Assembly: GCA_965206645.1 (NCBI GenBank)
Contig: CBDBKE010000004.1
Location: 384,001-448,000, forward strand
From: Terriglobia bacterium
GTDB taxonomy: Bacteria > Acidobacteriota > Terriglobia > JAJPHL01 > JAPKYU01
Direction: 5' to 3'
DNA length: 64,000 nucleotides
Position 1 is the stretch's first letter. Every line of letters starts with the position of its first letter. Position numbers and translations under genes: made by a program. The notes below the pieces were generated by a model that worked only from the letters and a program-made list of their open reading frames with translations, did no database searches and was not told the DNA's origin. Below, piece by piece: positions 1-10,699 of this stretch.

Positions 1-1430
1 ACTTCCGCCAGCGCCTGCTGCTCAAGCCGGTCTACGAGGTCGTCGGCCTTGACGCCTAGCCCCCTTCGGCCGGAGACCTCGACGTAAGGCCGCTTCTGCT
101 CTTCCGGCGATAGCTCAACGTCCAGCTCGCGGCAGCAGCGCGGTGACAAAGCGACCATCTCGTAGGCGAAGTGCACCGACCTGTCGGCGTGCTCGGTAAA
201 GCCCAGCGCCTTCAAGCCCTGTACCACGATGTTTTGCAGGTAGGACTGCCGCACGTCAATTACGTTGTAGACCACCTCAGCACGGCCGAACGGCGGAACC
301 CCATCCTGTGGCGGTGTGGCCGTGGTGACCCAGACCTGATGCCCGTCGGGATAGCGGTGGAGAGGCCGGTAATGAAAGTCGCGGTCCAGAAGGCCAAACT
401 TCCAGAGCTGATAGGCAATGTCCTTGCCGACGTAGGTCACCGTACCATTGGAGCGCATGATCACCTTGGCGTCGGCCGGGGAGCGCTCTGCGGCATCGGG
501 GTCTTCCACGGCGGCGCCGGTCGAGTCCACCGGCATGACCCAGCAGCCCCGGTTGCGGCCCTCGGTTTCGAGATGAATGGCGCCACGCTCTTTCAGCAGA
601 GCGAAGGCCTGGTCCCAAAATTTCAGCCGCAGGATTTCGCTCTCGCGAGGCAGCAGGTCATACTGAACATTCAGCCGGGACATCGTGGCTAGGTGAGCGT
701 GCACGATGTTCTCTGCGATGATGTCAGCCAGCTCTGCTGCCTCACCCTGCCCGTGTTCAATTTCCCGCAACGCCTGGCTGCGCAGCTCCAACCGCGCCGG
801 GTCCTCGTCATAGAGGCGAGAAACGCGCGCGTACAGGTCCCAGCAGTAATAGTCGAATCGCACCGCGGGATCGGCGAGCAGTTTCGTCAGGTCAGCGGTT
901 GTCTTCCGCTCCAGGTGCCGGAATCCGACGACCACGTCGGCGACCTGGACGCCCGTGTTGTCAATGTAGTTCTGCACTTCGACCGGGCGGCCGCGGCCGC
1001 GCAGAGTCCGCACCAGCGTGTCGCCCAGCGCGGCGTTGCGCAGGTGGCCGATGTGCGCGGCCTTGTTGGGGTTGATGTTGGTGTGCTCGACGACGATCTT
1101 CGCCTCGCCTGCCGCCGGCTCGTCCCGCTCGCCGCGCACCAGCCCTGCCAGATACGCCGACCGGTCGAAGAACACGTTGATGTAGCCGCCTCCGGCCGGT
1201 TCCAATCGCTCCACACCTTCGATCGCCGGCATCGCTTTCACCACCTCCTGGGCGATTTGCCGCGGCGGGCGCTTCAGCGTCTTGGCCAGCTCGAAGCAGA
1301 AGGGGAACGCCAGTTCACCGAATTCCGGCCGGCGTGGCTGTTCGACCAGCAGGGGCAGCGACACCTGGTAGCGGGCGCGAAGAAATTCCTGGAAGGCGCT
1401 CCGAATCCGTGTTTGCAGGCGCAAGTACAT
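1..1430 (-). CDS. argS: arginine--tRNA ligase (3' end runs off the window)
   Basis: Hand translation from ATG at 1430 (MYLRLQTRIR...) gives EHTNINPNKAAHIGHLRNA (HIGH motif) and VSGRRGLGVKADDL. It is missing from the ORF track because it has no stop in the window. Confidence 0.95.
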   Translation of the reverse strand, partial: MYLRLQTRIRSAFQEFLRARYQVSLPLLVEQPRRPEFGELAFPFCFELAKTLKRPPRQIAQEVVKAMPAIEGVERLEPAGGGYINVFFDRSAYLAGLVRGERDEPAAGEAKIVVEHTNINPNKAAHIGHLRNAALGDTLVRTLRGRGRPVEVQNYIDNTGVQVADVVVGFRHLERKTTADLTKLLADPAVRFDYYCWDLYARVSRLYDEDPARLELRSQALREIEHGQGEAAELADIIAENIVHAHLATMSRLNVQYDLLPRESEILRLKFWDQAFALLKERGAIHLETEGRNRGCWVMPVDSTGAAVEDPDAAERSPADAKVIMRSNGTVTYVGKDIAYQLWKFGLLDRDFHYRPLHRYPDGHQVWVTTATPPQDGVPPFGRAEVVYNVIDVRQSYLQNIVVQGLKALGFTEHADRSVHFAYEMVALSPRCCRELDVELSPEEQKRPYVEVSGRRGLGVKADDLVDRLEQQALAE

Positions 1431-1575
1431 TGCTGTTGTCAGTTTCCCCTGGATCGTCCAGAATGATAGGTTTAAGCAAGGGGTGTCAACCGCCAAGTGA
1501 GTTGCCTGTCCTCTACTGCCCCGAAATGGCGGTGACAATTTCGCTACGAGCCAGGTTGCCACAAGGCATCGTCCT

Positions 1576-2784
1576 ATGAGAATTGCCTATCTTGAGTGCT
1601 TCTCAGGAATCAGCGGCGACATGCTGCTGGGCGCGCTGGCAGATGCGGGTGCGCCTGCCTCGGCGCTGGCCGCGGTACCGGAAAAACTGGGGTTGTCAGG
1701 AGCTTCGGTGCGGCTGGAGAAAACCAAACGATCGCACATTAGCGCCATCCAGGCGCACGTCGAAGAAGGAGAGAAATCGGGACATCCACACCGGTCGCTG
1801 TCCGCCATCGAGAAGATGATCGCGGGCTCCTCGCTTTCTGAGCACACCCGGCAAACCGCAATCGCCGTCTTCCGCCGCCTGGGCGCGGCCGAAGCGCGCG
1901 TCCACAACGTTCCGATTGAGAAAGTTCACTTTCATGAAGTGGGCGCCGTGGATTCGTTGGTGGACATTGTGGGCGCCTGCGCGGGCTTCGAGCTGCTGGG
2001 CATTGAGAAGCTGTACTGCTCGCCGCTGAACGTGGGCAGCGGTACGGTACGCACCGAACACGGCGTTCTGCCGGTGCCGGCTCCAGCCACCGTGGAGCTG
2101 CTGAAAGCAGTCGCTGCGCCGGTGTACTCGTCGGGCCCGGCGGCCGAGCTGGTCACGCCCACCGGCGCTGCCGTGGTGGCGACGCTGGCCGCCGGTTTTG
2201 GCGCGATGCCTCCGATGAAAGTGGTGGCGGCTGGTTACGGCGCCGGCTCTCGTGATTTCCCCGAGCAGCCAAACACGCTCCGGATTCTGATTGGGGAACT
2301 CGCCAGCACCTCGACAGAAGCAGCCGCCCCGGCTCCGACCGTCTGCGTGGTTGAGGCCAACATCGATGACATGAATCCACAGATCGCCGGGCACCTGACC
2401 GAGCAGGCGCTGGCCGCCGGCGCGCTCGATATCTACTTCACCCCGGTGCAGATGAAGAAGAACCGGGCGGGGATGGTGGTCTCGCTGGTGGTCGAGACGG
2501 CAGACCGCGACCGGCTGGCGCGCCTGCTGTTCCGGGAGAGCACCACCATCGGCGTGCGCATCTACACGACCGAGCGCCGCACCCTGGACCGCACCCACGT
2601 TACGGTGGACACCGCCTACGGGCCGCTTCGGGTCAAAGTCTCCCAGCTGGAGGGCGAAATCCTGAACTTCGCTCCGGAATTCGATGACTGTCAGCGCGCC
2701 GCCCGCCAGAGCGGCGTCCCGCTGAAACGGGTGCTGGCCGAGGCCAACTTCCGCTACCTTGAGAAGCACGGAAAAACGGACTGA
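1576..2784 (+). CDS. larC: nickel pincer cofactor biosynthesis protein LarC
   Basis: N-terminus AYLECFSGISGDMLLGAL; VHFHEVGAVDS, PVPAPAT, ELVTPTGAA, MKKNR and ESTTIGVR motifs. Confidence 0.93.
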   Translation: MRIAYLECFSGISGDMLLGALADAGAPASALAAVPEKLGLSGASVRLEKTKRSHISAIQAHVEEGEKSGHPHRSLSAIEKMIAGSSLSEHTRQTAIAVFRRLGAAEARVHNVPIEKVHFHEVGAVDSLVDIVGACAGFELLGIEKLYCSPLNVGSGTVRTEHGVLPVPAPATVELLKAVAAPVYSSGPAAELVTPTGAAVVATLAAGFGAMPPMKVVAAGYGAGSRDFPEQPNTLRILIGELASTSTEAAAPAPTVCVVEANIDDMNPQIAGHLTEQALAAGALDIYFTPVQMKKNRAGMVVSLVVETADRDRLARLLFRESTTIGVRIYTTERRTLDRTHVTVDTAYGPLRVKVSQLEGEILNFAPEFDDCQRAARQSGVPLKRVLAEANFRYLEKHGKTD

Positions 2785-2789
2785 GCGGC

Positions 2790-4799
2790 ATGGGCAAGTA
2801 TTACCTGACGACTCCCATCTACTATGTCAACGCCCGGCCCCACCTGGGCCACACCTATTCCACGATCGTGGCGGACGTCGTCCGCCGTTTCCGGCGCATG
2901 CAGGGTCAGGAAGCTTTCCTGCTGACCGGCACCGATGAGCACGGCCAGAAAGTGGAGCGCTCCGCGCAGGCTGCCGGAATGAACCCCCAACAGTTCTCCG
3001 ACCGCATCTCAGAAACCTTCCGCTCGCTGTGGAAAGATCTGGGGCTCCAGTGTGACTTCTTCGTCCGCACCACTGAACCGGGCCACGCCCGTGCCGTGGC
3101 CCGGCTGTTTGAGGCGGCCCGGGATGCTGGCTACATTCATAAGGGCAGCTACACCGGCTCCTACTGTGTCTTTGACGAGCTCTACGTCAGCGAAGGGAAG
3201 GCAGGCGCGCCCTGTCCCGAGTGCGGCCGGCCCACCGAGCAAGTGACCGAGGAGAACTACTTCTTCCGGCTGTCGGCCTTTCAGGATCGGCTGCTCCAGC
3301 TCTACCAGGAGCAGCCGGAGTTCATCCGGCCGGAGTCGCGCCGCAACGAAGTCATCTCCTTCGTGCGGGGCGGGCTGCGCGACCTCTCCATCAGCCGCAC
3401 CACTCTGAAGTGGGGCATCCCGCTGCCCACCGGCGACAACCATGTGTTCTACGTCTGGTTCGACGCTCTGACTTCCTATATGAGCGGGATTGGCTACGGG
3501 CAGGGCAGGGAAGAGGAAGAACGCTGGAAACGTCTGTGGCCGGCCGACCTGCACCTGGTGGGGAAGGAAATCCTGCGCTTCCACGCCGTCTACTGGCCGG
3601 CCTTCCTGATGGCCGCCGGCCTGCCCCTGCCGCGCTCGATCTACGCCCACGGCTGGCTGCTGTTCGAGCGGGACAAGATGAGCAAGTCGCGCGGCAACAT
3701 CGTGCGCGCCCAGCCCATCCAACGGGTGGTGGGCGCCGACGGGCTGCGTTACTTCCTGCTGCGCGAGATCGTCTTTGGCCAGGACGGCTCGTTCAGCTTC
3801 GACGCCCTGGTGGACCGCTACAACAGCGACCTGGCCAACGACCTGGGAAACCTGGCGAAGCGTACCCTGGACATGATCGCCCGCTACTGCGGCGGTCGCA
3901 TCCCCCAGGTTTCAACCGCTGCCGGGCTCAGCGATGTTGACCTCAGGGTTGAGCACAAGGCGGGAGAATCCACGGAAGCGGCCGTGGCTGCCTTCAACGC
4001 CCTGGAGTTCTCGCGCGGCCTGGAGGCTATCTGGGCGTTGATCTCAGCGGTCAACAAGTACCTGGTGGAGACGGCGCCCTGGGCGCTGGCCGAAAAGGCA
4101 GACCAGCAGGCGCGGCTGGCCACGGTGTTATACACGGCGGCCGAAGCGCTGCGCATCGCGTCGGTGCTGATCGCCCCGGTCACCCCTGTCGCTGCTGCGC
4201 GTATCTTCCGGCAACTGGGCCAGCAGGAGGAAGTGGGCGAACAACTGCTCGCCAACCTGAAGTGGGGTCAGTTGCCGGCCGGCCAGCAAATTAACAAGGT
4301 GGAGGCGGTCTTTCCTCGGCTGGACCGAAAGGCCGCAGTCACAGAATTGCGCCACCTGGAGGAGGCGCTACAAAAGGAGGAGGCCTTGGTTCCAGAAAAA
4401 CCAGCACCGGGCGTGCAGGATGAAGCAGCCCAGTCGGCGGCTCCGTCGGCCGCCGCGCCGGCCAGCAACCCGCGCATCAGCCTGGAGGATTTCGTGAAAG
4501 TGGACATGCGCGTCGGTACGGTGCGCACCGCCGAACGAGTGAAGGGAACTCAGAAGCTGCTGAAGATAACCGTGGACATCGGCACCGAGGTGCGCCAGGT
4601 CGTCGCCGGTATCGCCGAGGAGTATCCGCCAGAATCCCTGCTGGACCGCAAGGTCGTTATCGTCGCCAACCTAGCTCCCCGGAAGCTGCGCGGCATTGAA
4701 TCCAACGGCATGGTACTGGCAGCGGTGGTTGGTGAAGCGGGAACTCCCGCACTGGTCAGCGTGCCGGACGATGTCCCGAATGGTTCCCGGCTACGCTAG
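2790..4799 (+). CDS. metG: methionine--tRNA ligase with C-terminal tRNA-binding domain
   Basis: YLTTPIYYVN..PHLGH, GTDEHGQK, KMSKS motifs and a C-terminal OB fold (NLAPRKLRGIESNGM). Confidence 0.98.
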   Translation: MGKYYLTTPIYYVNARPHLGHTYSTIVADVVRRFRRMQGQEAFLLTGTDEHGQKVERSAQAAGMNPQQFSDRISETFRSLWKDLGLQCDFFVRTTEPGHARAVARLFEAARDAGYIHKGSYTGSYCVFDELYVSEGKAGAPCPECGRPTEQVTEENYFFRLSAFQDRLLQLYQEQPEFIRPESRRNEVISFVRGGLRDLSISRTTLKWGIPLPTGDNHVFYVWFDALTSYMSGIGYGQGREEEERWKRLWPADLHLVGKEILRFHAVYWPAFLMAAGLPLPRSIYAHGWLLFERDKMSKSRGNIVRAQPIQRVVGADGLRYFLLREIVFGQDGSFSFDALVDRYNSDLANDLGNLAKRTLDMIARYCGGRIPQVSTAAGLSDVDLRVEHKAGESTEAAVAAFNALEFSRGLEAIWALISAVNKYLVETAPWALAEKADQQARLATVLYTAAEALRIASVLIAPVTPVAAARIFRQLGQQEEVGEQLLANLKWGQLPAGQQINKVEAVFPRLDRKAAVTELRHLEEALQKEEALVPEKPAPGVQDEAAQSAAPSAAAPASNPRISLEDFVKVDMRVGTVRTAERVKGTQKLLKITVDIGTEVRQVVAGIAEEYPPESLLDRKVVIVANLAPRKLRGIESNGMVLAAVVGEAGTPALVSVPDDVPNGSRLR

Positions 4800-4806
4800 C
4801 GGCTCG

Positions 4807-4868
4807 GTAGCGGCAGGCTTCAGCCTGCCATCGCCTCGGCGCCGTGGCGGCCTGAAGGCCGCCGCTAC
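4807..4868. repeat. GTAG-type REP doublet (REPIN-like inverted pair)
   Basis: GTAGCGGCAGGCTTCAGCCTGCC...GGCGGCCTGAAGGCCGCCGCTAC; related copies at 17753 and 33208. Confidence 0.75.
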
Positions 4869-4879
4869 GTGGGTTCGTT

Positions 4880-5665
4880 ATGTTAGTTGATTCTCACTGC
4901 CACCTGGACTTCCCCCAGTTTGATGCGGACCGCGAGGCCGTGTTGCAGCGCGCTGAGCAGGCCGGCCTCCGCGCGCTGGTGGCGGTTGGGGTAGGGAAGG
5001 GGCCACCGGAACTGGATGCTGGGCTGCGCATGGCCGCACTGCGTCCCTGGATCTACCCGACCATCGGCATTCACCCGCATGAGGCCAAGCAAGCCGACGA
5101 GGCGGCCTTTGCCAGCCTGGAGCGCCTGGCGGCCGAGCCCCAGGTCGTGGCCGTAGGAGAGATTGGGCTGGATTACCACTATGACCATTCGCCGCGCCCG
5201 CTGCAGCAAGAGGTCTTTGTGCGCCAGATGGAGCTGGCCCGGCGGGCCGCAAAACCAATCATCATCCACTGCCGCGAGGCCTGGTCGGACTGCCTCGCTC
5301 TGCTGCGTATCCACTGGCGCCCCCACGGCCTGCCTGGCATCTTTCATTGCTTCAGCGGGGACCCGGCCATAGCCCGCGAGGGTTTGGAAATGGGCTTCTA
5401 CATTTCCTTCGCTGGTAACTTGACTTTTCCAAAGGCGGGAGAGCTGCGCGAGGTGGCGCAGCAGATTCCAAAGGACCGCCTGCTGGTGGAAACCGACGCC
5501 CCTTACCTGGCCCCTGTCCCCCACCGTGGACGGCGGAATGAGCCGGCGTTTGTGGCTGCGGTGGCTAATCAAGTAGCGGTCCTCCACGGGGTTGCCCCGG
5601 AGGAGATGGCCGAGCAGACGACTCGTAATTTTTTTCGATTGCTGATGCCCGATGCTTGCTCCTAA
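4880..5665 (+). CDS. tatD: TatD family hydrolase/DNase
   Basis: DSHCHLD, GIHPH, VGEIGLDYHY, IHCRE and LVETDAPYLAP motifs. Confidence 0.95.
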   Translation: MLVDSHCHLDFPQFDADREAVLQRAEQAGLRALVAVGVGKGPPELDAGLRMAALRPWIYPTIGIHPHEAKQADEAAFASLERLAAEPQVVAVGEIGLDYHYDHSPRPLQQEVFVRQMELARRAAKPIIIHCREAWSDCLALLRIHWRPHGLPGIFHCFSGDPAIAREGLEMGFYISFAGNLTFPKAGELREVAQQIPKDRLLVETDAPYLAPVPHRGRRNEPAFVAAVANQVAVLHGVAPEEMAEQTTRNFFRLLMPDACS

Positions 5666-6668
5666 ACTGTTTCCGAAGATGCCCAAAAGCTCGCTCATCA
5701 CCCGAGAGGAGATATTCGAGCTGGTCCGGGAAGACCTGGAGCAGGTCGAACGCGCCTTCGGCACCGATACGGTCTGTTCGGTGGAAGCGGTGACCGCCAT
5801 CGGGCACTACCTCCAGTTGAGCGGAGGCAAACGCCTGCGCCCTGCGCTGGTGCTACTGGCCGCGCGGGTGTGTGGCCACTCCGGCGCGGCGGCCGTTCAG
5901 TTGGGCGCGGTGGTGGAGATTATCCACACGGCGACGTTGGTGCACGACGACGTCATTGACGGAGCCGACCGTCGCCGCGGGCGCCCCTCGACCAACTTCC
6001 GCTGGGGTAACCATATCAGCGTGCTGGCCGGCGACTGGCTCTACATGCAGTCGTTCCAGATTGCGTTGCGGGAGCGCAACTTTCGCATCCTGGATCTGCT
6101 GATCTACATCACCCAAATGATGGTGGAGGGTGAGCTGCTGCAGCTAGAAAAGCTGGGCCAGATCAATGTCACCGAGCAGGACTATCTGGACTTGATCCGG
6201 CGCAAGACAGCATGCCTGTTTGATATCTCCATGCGGCTAGGTGCAGTGCTCAGCGCGAAGGAGAACGCCGAAGAGGAGCTGGGCGAGTATGGCCGCAACC
6301 TGGGGACAGCGTTCCAGTTGGTGGACGATCTGCTGGACTTCACCGCCAGCGAAAGCGCGCTCGGCAAGCCGGTGGGCAGCGATCTGAAGGAAGGCAAGGT
6401 GACCTTGCCGCTAATCTATGCGTTGCGCCGATGCACTCCCGAAGAGCGCCGCCGCGTCGAGACGGTGTTGGAGGAACGCGCCTTCCGCAGCGTGACGCAG
6501 CAGGAAATCCTAGACATCCTGGCGCGCTACCATACGCCGGCCGAAGTGATGGCGAAGGCCGCCGAGTACGCCCGACGGGCCGTGTCCCACTTGAAAGGCT
6601 TCGCCGACTCGCCCTACCTGCGGGCCCTGGAAGCCCTGCCGGAGTACATCCTGCACCGCGAGCACTGA
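5652..6668 (+). CDS. ispB: polyprenyl (octaprenyl-type) diphosphate synthase; true start may be 5679
   Basis: GGKRLRP, LVHDDVID..RRG and FQLVDDLLD (two DDxxD motifs). Confidence 0.9.
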   Translation: MLAPKLFPKMPKSSLITREEIFELVREDLEQVERAFGTDTVCSVEAVTAIGHYLQLSGGKRLRPALVLLAARVCGHSGAAAVQLGAVVEIIHTATLVHDDVIDGADRRRGRPSTNFRWGNHISVLAGDWLYMQSFQIALRERNFRILDLLIYITQMMVEGELLQLEKLGQINVTEQDYLDLIRRKTACLFDISMRLGAVLSAKENAEEELGEYGRNLGTAFQLVDDLLDFTASESALGKPVGSDLKEGKVTLPLIYALRRCTPEERRRVETVLEERAFRSVTQQEILDILARYHTPAEVMAKAAEYARRAVSHLKGFADSPYLRALEALPEYILHREH

Positions 6669-6672
6669 GAGC

Positions 6673-7503
6673 GTGCAGGGGCCCGCAGCCACGATGACCT
6701 CAACCAGCCCCGGCCGTCGAGTGGCTCTGTTGACCGCGGTGCTGGGAGCCATGCTCTTGCTGCCCGGCCTCCACGCGCACCACGAGGCCATCTTCGGACC
6801 GCAATCCTCCGTGTTGATCTCAAGGAAGCGGTTTGTCTCCACCCAGTACGACCTGGTCAATGAGGGGCGAACTCCCGACACTAAGGGCCGCAGCCACATC
6901 GGCGTCCTAAGTGTGGGCACCTCCGTTGGCAAACGATGGTCTGTGATGGCAACGGTTCCCTTTGAAGCTGAACGGGCGTTTGACGAACAGGCTACCGGCA
7001 TCCAGGATGCGGTATTGGCACTACGCTATTCGGCCGATTTGAGGAACCACGAGTCGTTGATGGGAGTTTTGACGGTCGAACCTCCAACGGGCACGTTAGA
7101 ACATCGCGCGGTCGGACTCGGGGGTGGGCTCATTTATGGGCACGAATGGGGGCACTGGTCCCTGCTCACATATGGCCTGGGTCGCACGGAGTCTTCGCTC
7201 GAAGAAGGGGAGAAGCGGGGAAACCGACTGTTCCTCGGCGGAGGCTTGGGGTACGAGACACATGACTTGCCGTTTAGCCCCCAACTCGGAATCTCATGGG
7301 AGCGGACGGGGCGGCGGCGCGAAGAGGGGGAGCTTATCCCCGAGTCGAACTCCTCGGCCCTGATGATTCACCCGACGCTAACCAAGGCCGTTAGCGAGTC
7401 GCTACAGACTTTCCTCGTCGTGTCGTTGCCCCTCGTACAACGAAGCGGCACAGAGGGGTGGCAGAGGTTTCGGATAGCGGCCGGACTGATTTGGGCGTTT
7501 TGA
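6673..7503 (+). CDS. putative outer-membrane beta-barrel protein
   Basis: Signal peptide ending LHA, mature N-terminus HHEAIFGPQ, amphipathic beta-strand pattern, C-terminal Phe. Confidence 0.6.
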   Translation: MQGPAATMTSTSPGRRVALLTAVLGAMLLLPGLHAHHEAIFGPQSSVLISRKRFVSTQYDLVNEGRTPDTKGRSHIGVLSVGTSVGKRWSVMATVPFEAERAFDEQATGIQDAVLALRYSADLRNHESLMGVLTVEPPTGTLEHRAVGLGGGLIYGHEWGHWSLLTYGLGRTESSLEEGEKRGNRLFLGGGLGYETHDLPFSPQLGISWERTGRRREEGELIPESNSSALMIHPTLTKAVSESLQTFLVVSLPLVQRSGTEGWQRFRIAAGLIWAF

Positions 7504-7618
7504 GACCGGCTGCGACCGCCTTTCCCAATACCGTAGCGCTCCCGTTTCACCGGTAACATCAAGCCAGCAGCTTGCATGCTACAATCGCGGCGCAAGAAAA
7601 TTTTACGGTGCATGCAAA

Positions 7619-8194
7619 GTGACGGCCAAAGGCGTAGAGGTCGAAATCAAGCTGGCGGTGGTGAATGCCAGCGCGATGCGGCGAGCCCTGCGCCGTCTGG
7701 ACTTTGTGCTGGCGGGACGCGAGTGGGAACGCGATATCGTTCTTGACACTCGCAGCCTGGCGCTACGGCGCAGCCGGTGCCTGCTGCGGCTGCGTCACCA
7801 CGGACGGCGCTGGAAGCTGACCTTTAAGGGACCTGCGGCCGCTGACCGGCGCTACAAGACCCGACCGGAAACCGAGATCGAAATCCAGGAGGGGCTGCGC
7901 CTGCTGCAGATTCTGGAGCAGTTGGGCTACCTCCCGGTCTTTCGCTACGAGAAACGGCGCAGCACCTACTGTCCAAGGGGCCGTAGAAGGCGCCAGGACG
8001 GTATCGCCAGCCTGGATGTGACCCCCATCGGCACGTTCCTGGAGCTGGAAGGGCCCGGGCGTTGGATTGAGCGGACCGCTCGGTCGCTCGGCTTCTCCCG
8101 GCGAGACTACATTACCCAGTCCTATGCTTCCCTGTATCGGCAATATTGCCGCGCGCACGGCCGAAAGCCGTCGCACATGGTCTTCCGCTCATGA
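7619..8194 (+). CDS. CYTH-domain (class IV adenylate cyclase-like) protein
   Basis: EVEIKL (ExExK), LRLR, LTFKGP, YEKRR and FLELEG motifs. Confidence 0.88.
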   Translation: MTAKGVEVEIKLAVVNASAMRRALRRLDFVLAGREWERDIVLDTRSLALRRSRCLLRLRHHGRRWKLTFKGPAAADRRYKTRPETEIEIQEGLRLLQILEQLGYLPVFRYEKRRSTYCPRGRRRRQDGIASLDVTPIGTFLELEGPGRWIERTARSLGFSRRDYITQSYASLYRQYCRAHGRKPSHMVFRS

Positions 8195-9428
8195 TTTACC
8201 TGACGGAGCTGCTGCAGCTTCCTGTTGTGGGTCGTGCTGGCCGACAGCTCGGGCGCCTCGGTGAGCTGGCTCTGGTGCCAGCCGAAGATCCACGGCGCGT
8301 CGCCCATTTCGTCCTGCGCAGTCGCAAGGGCCGCCTGGCCATCCCGTACAACAACGTGCAGGAGAGCGGCCCGGAATGCTTGCGTCTCAACGTCGAGGTA
8401 GAAGAACTAGGGGAATACTCTGCCCGCGACGACCAGTTACTGGTAACCAAAGACCTGCTGGACCAATAAATCATTGATATTCACGGGCGCAAGGTAGTGC
8501 GGGTCAACGACGTGGGCTTTTTGCAGCAGCGCTCCAACGGGGCCTGCGAGGTGCGGCTGGCCGAGGTGGACGTGGGCGTCAGCGGAGCCTTCCGTCGGCT
8601 GTTCCGGGGGGTGTTGCCGCCACGCCTGATTCGCAAGCTGGAGCGGCCCCTGGCTCACCGGTCATCCCCTGGGAGTTCGTGGACCTGATCGAGGCCGACC
8701 CGCAGCGGCGCCTGAAGCTGAAAATTTCCCACGAGAGGCTGGCCCGCCTGCACCCGGCTGATTTGGCCGACATCGTCGAGGAACTGGCGCCCGCCGAGCG
8801 CGAAGCTCTGTTTGAAACCCTGGACGAAACCAAAGCCGCCGAAGCGCTCTCGGAAGTACTGCCCAGGGTACAGAAGTCGATCATCGAAGCGCTGGAGGTG
8901 GAAAAGGCCGCTGACATCGTCGAAGAAATGCCGCCGGATGAGGCTGCCGATTTGCTGGCCGAACTTCCTGAGGAAACCTCGGAAAAAATCATTGAGGACA
9001 TGCAGCCGGCTGAGGCCGAAGAACTCGAGGAGCTTCTAGAGTTCGAGGAGGACACAGCCGGCGGCCTGATGACAACCGACTTCATCGCCCTGGGGGAGGC
9101 CGGTACGGCCGAGACGGCCATTGTGGCGCTGCGCGAAACACGCGACGTGGCGCGTCTCACGAACACGCTGTTCCTGTTGGACGGGCAAGGCCGGCTGACA
9201 GGGGCGCTGCCGTTGGCAGAACTGTTCCTGGTGTCTCCCTCCTCTCCTCTGGCGGGGCTGAGGTCCGAGCCCTTGTTATTCGTGGTGACTGACGCCACGG
9301 AGCGCGACGTCATCGAGCTGTTTGACAAATACAACGTGCTGACCCTCCCGGTGGTGGACAAGGAATCCCGGCTCGTGGGAATCATCACTGCCGACGACGT
9401 TATCAGCCTGCTCAAGTCGAAACTGTGA
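8191..9428 (+). pseudogene. PRC-barrel/MgtE N-terminal/CBS-domain protein, interrupted
   Basis: In-frame TAA at 8467-8469 in DLLDQ*IIDIHGRKVVRVND; frameshift near 8658 before VIPWEFVDLIE; then LHPADLADI (MgtE-N) and TAGGLMTT...GIITADDV (CBS pair). Confidence 0.85.
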
Positions 9429-9438
9429 TCCCGCGACC

Positions 9439-10685
9439 ATGGTCCTGCAACGGCTCCGCAGAGCGAGACTCCACATCGTGGTATTCCTCTCGGTGTTGGG
9501 GCGGGCTTTATCACCGCCAACGTCGACAACGATGCCGGAGGGATCTACACCTACTCGCTGGCCGGGGCGCGCTTCGGATACCAACTGTTGTGGACCATCA
9601 TACCGATGGCAGTGGCCCTGGTCGTGGTGCAGGAGATGTGCGCCCGTATGGGCGCGGTGACGGGTAAGGGGCTGTCCGACCTGATCCGGGAGGAATTCGG
9701 CTTTCGCACAACGTTCCTGCTTATGGGGGCGTTGCTGCTGGCCAACTTCGGCAACGTGGTCGCTGAGTTTGCCGGGGTGGCGTCCAGCCTGGAGATTTTC
9801 GGTGTCAGCCGCTACATTTCGGTGCCCACGAGCGCGGCTCTGGTCTGGCTGCTTGTGGTGCGAGGCGACTACAAGCGGGTGGAAAAGGTCTTCCTGGCCG
9901 CCTCGGCCTTCTATCTTTCCTACATCGTTTCGGGATTTCTGGCGCGTCCGGATTGGACCCAGGCTGCGCTGCACACCGTCCGCCCAACGCTGAGCCTGCA
10001 TCCCGCCTACGTCATGATGATGATGGGGATGATCGGCGCAACCATTGCTCCTTGGATGCAGTTCTACTTGCAATCCGCAATAGTGGAAAAAGGAGTGCAG
10101 GCGCGCCAGTACCCGGAGTCCCGGGTCGAGGTGATCGTGGGCTGCATCTTCGCCGCGGTGGTGGTGTTTTTCATCGTGGTGGCCTGCTCGGCTACGCTTC
10201 ACGCCATCGGCCAGCACGACATCGACGATGCCGCCCAGGCCGCCGTCGCCCTGCGACCTCTGGCGGGCCAGTATGCCATGCTGCCGTTCGGCCTGGGCCT
10301 GTTCAATGCCTCCCTCTTTGCCGCCTCCATCCTGCCGCTGGCCACCGCCTATTCGGTGTGCGAGAGACTGGGTTTCGAAGCCGGGGTTAACAAGAGCTTC
10401 CGGGAAGCCCCTGTTTTCTATTGGCTGTATACGCTGCTGATCGTCTTCGGTGCCGGAGTGATTCTGGTGCCGGGCTTCCCGCTGATCCCCATGATCCTGT
10501 TATCGCAGGTGGTCAACGGGGTGCTGCTGCCCTTTGTGTTGCTGTTCATGCTGCTGCTGATCAACCGCGTGGACCTGATGGGCGAGTACACCAATTCCCG
10601 CAGCTATAACCTAGTCGCCTGGAGCACAGTGGTGGTCGTGATTATGCTGACATTCATGTTGCTAGTGGGCGGTTTGCGCGGCTAG
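9439..10685 (+). pseudogene. NRAMP-family divalent metal transporter with a 1-nt frameshift near 9501 (possible sequencing error)
   Basis: LSVLG[P]GFITANVDNDAGGIYTYS is split across frames; downstream QEMCARMGAVTGKGL and GATIAPWMQFYLQS. Confidence 0.85.
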
Positions 10686-10699
10686 AGAGGTTCTAGGGA

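Noticed and set aside
171-1466. Plus-strand ORFs 171..692 and 693..1466, and similar long antisense ORFs (e.g. 19688..20977, 41900..42892)
   Set aside because: Shadow frames of recognisable genes on the opposite strand in GC-rich DNA
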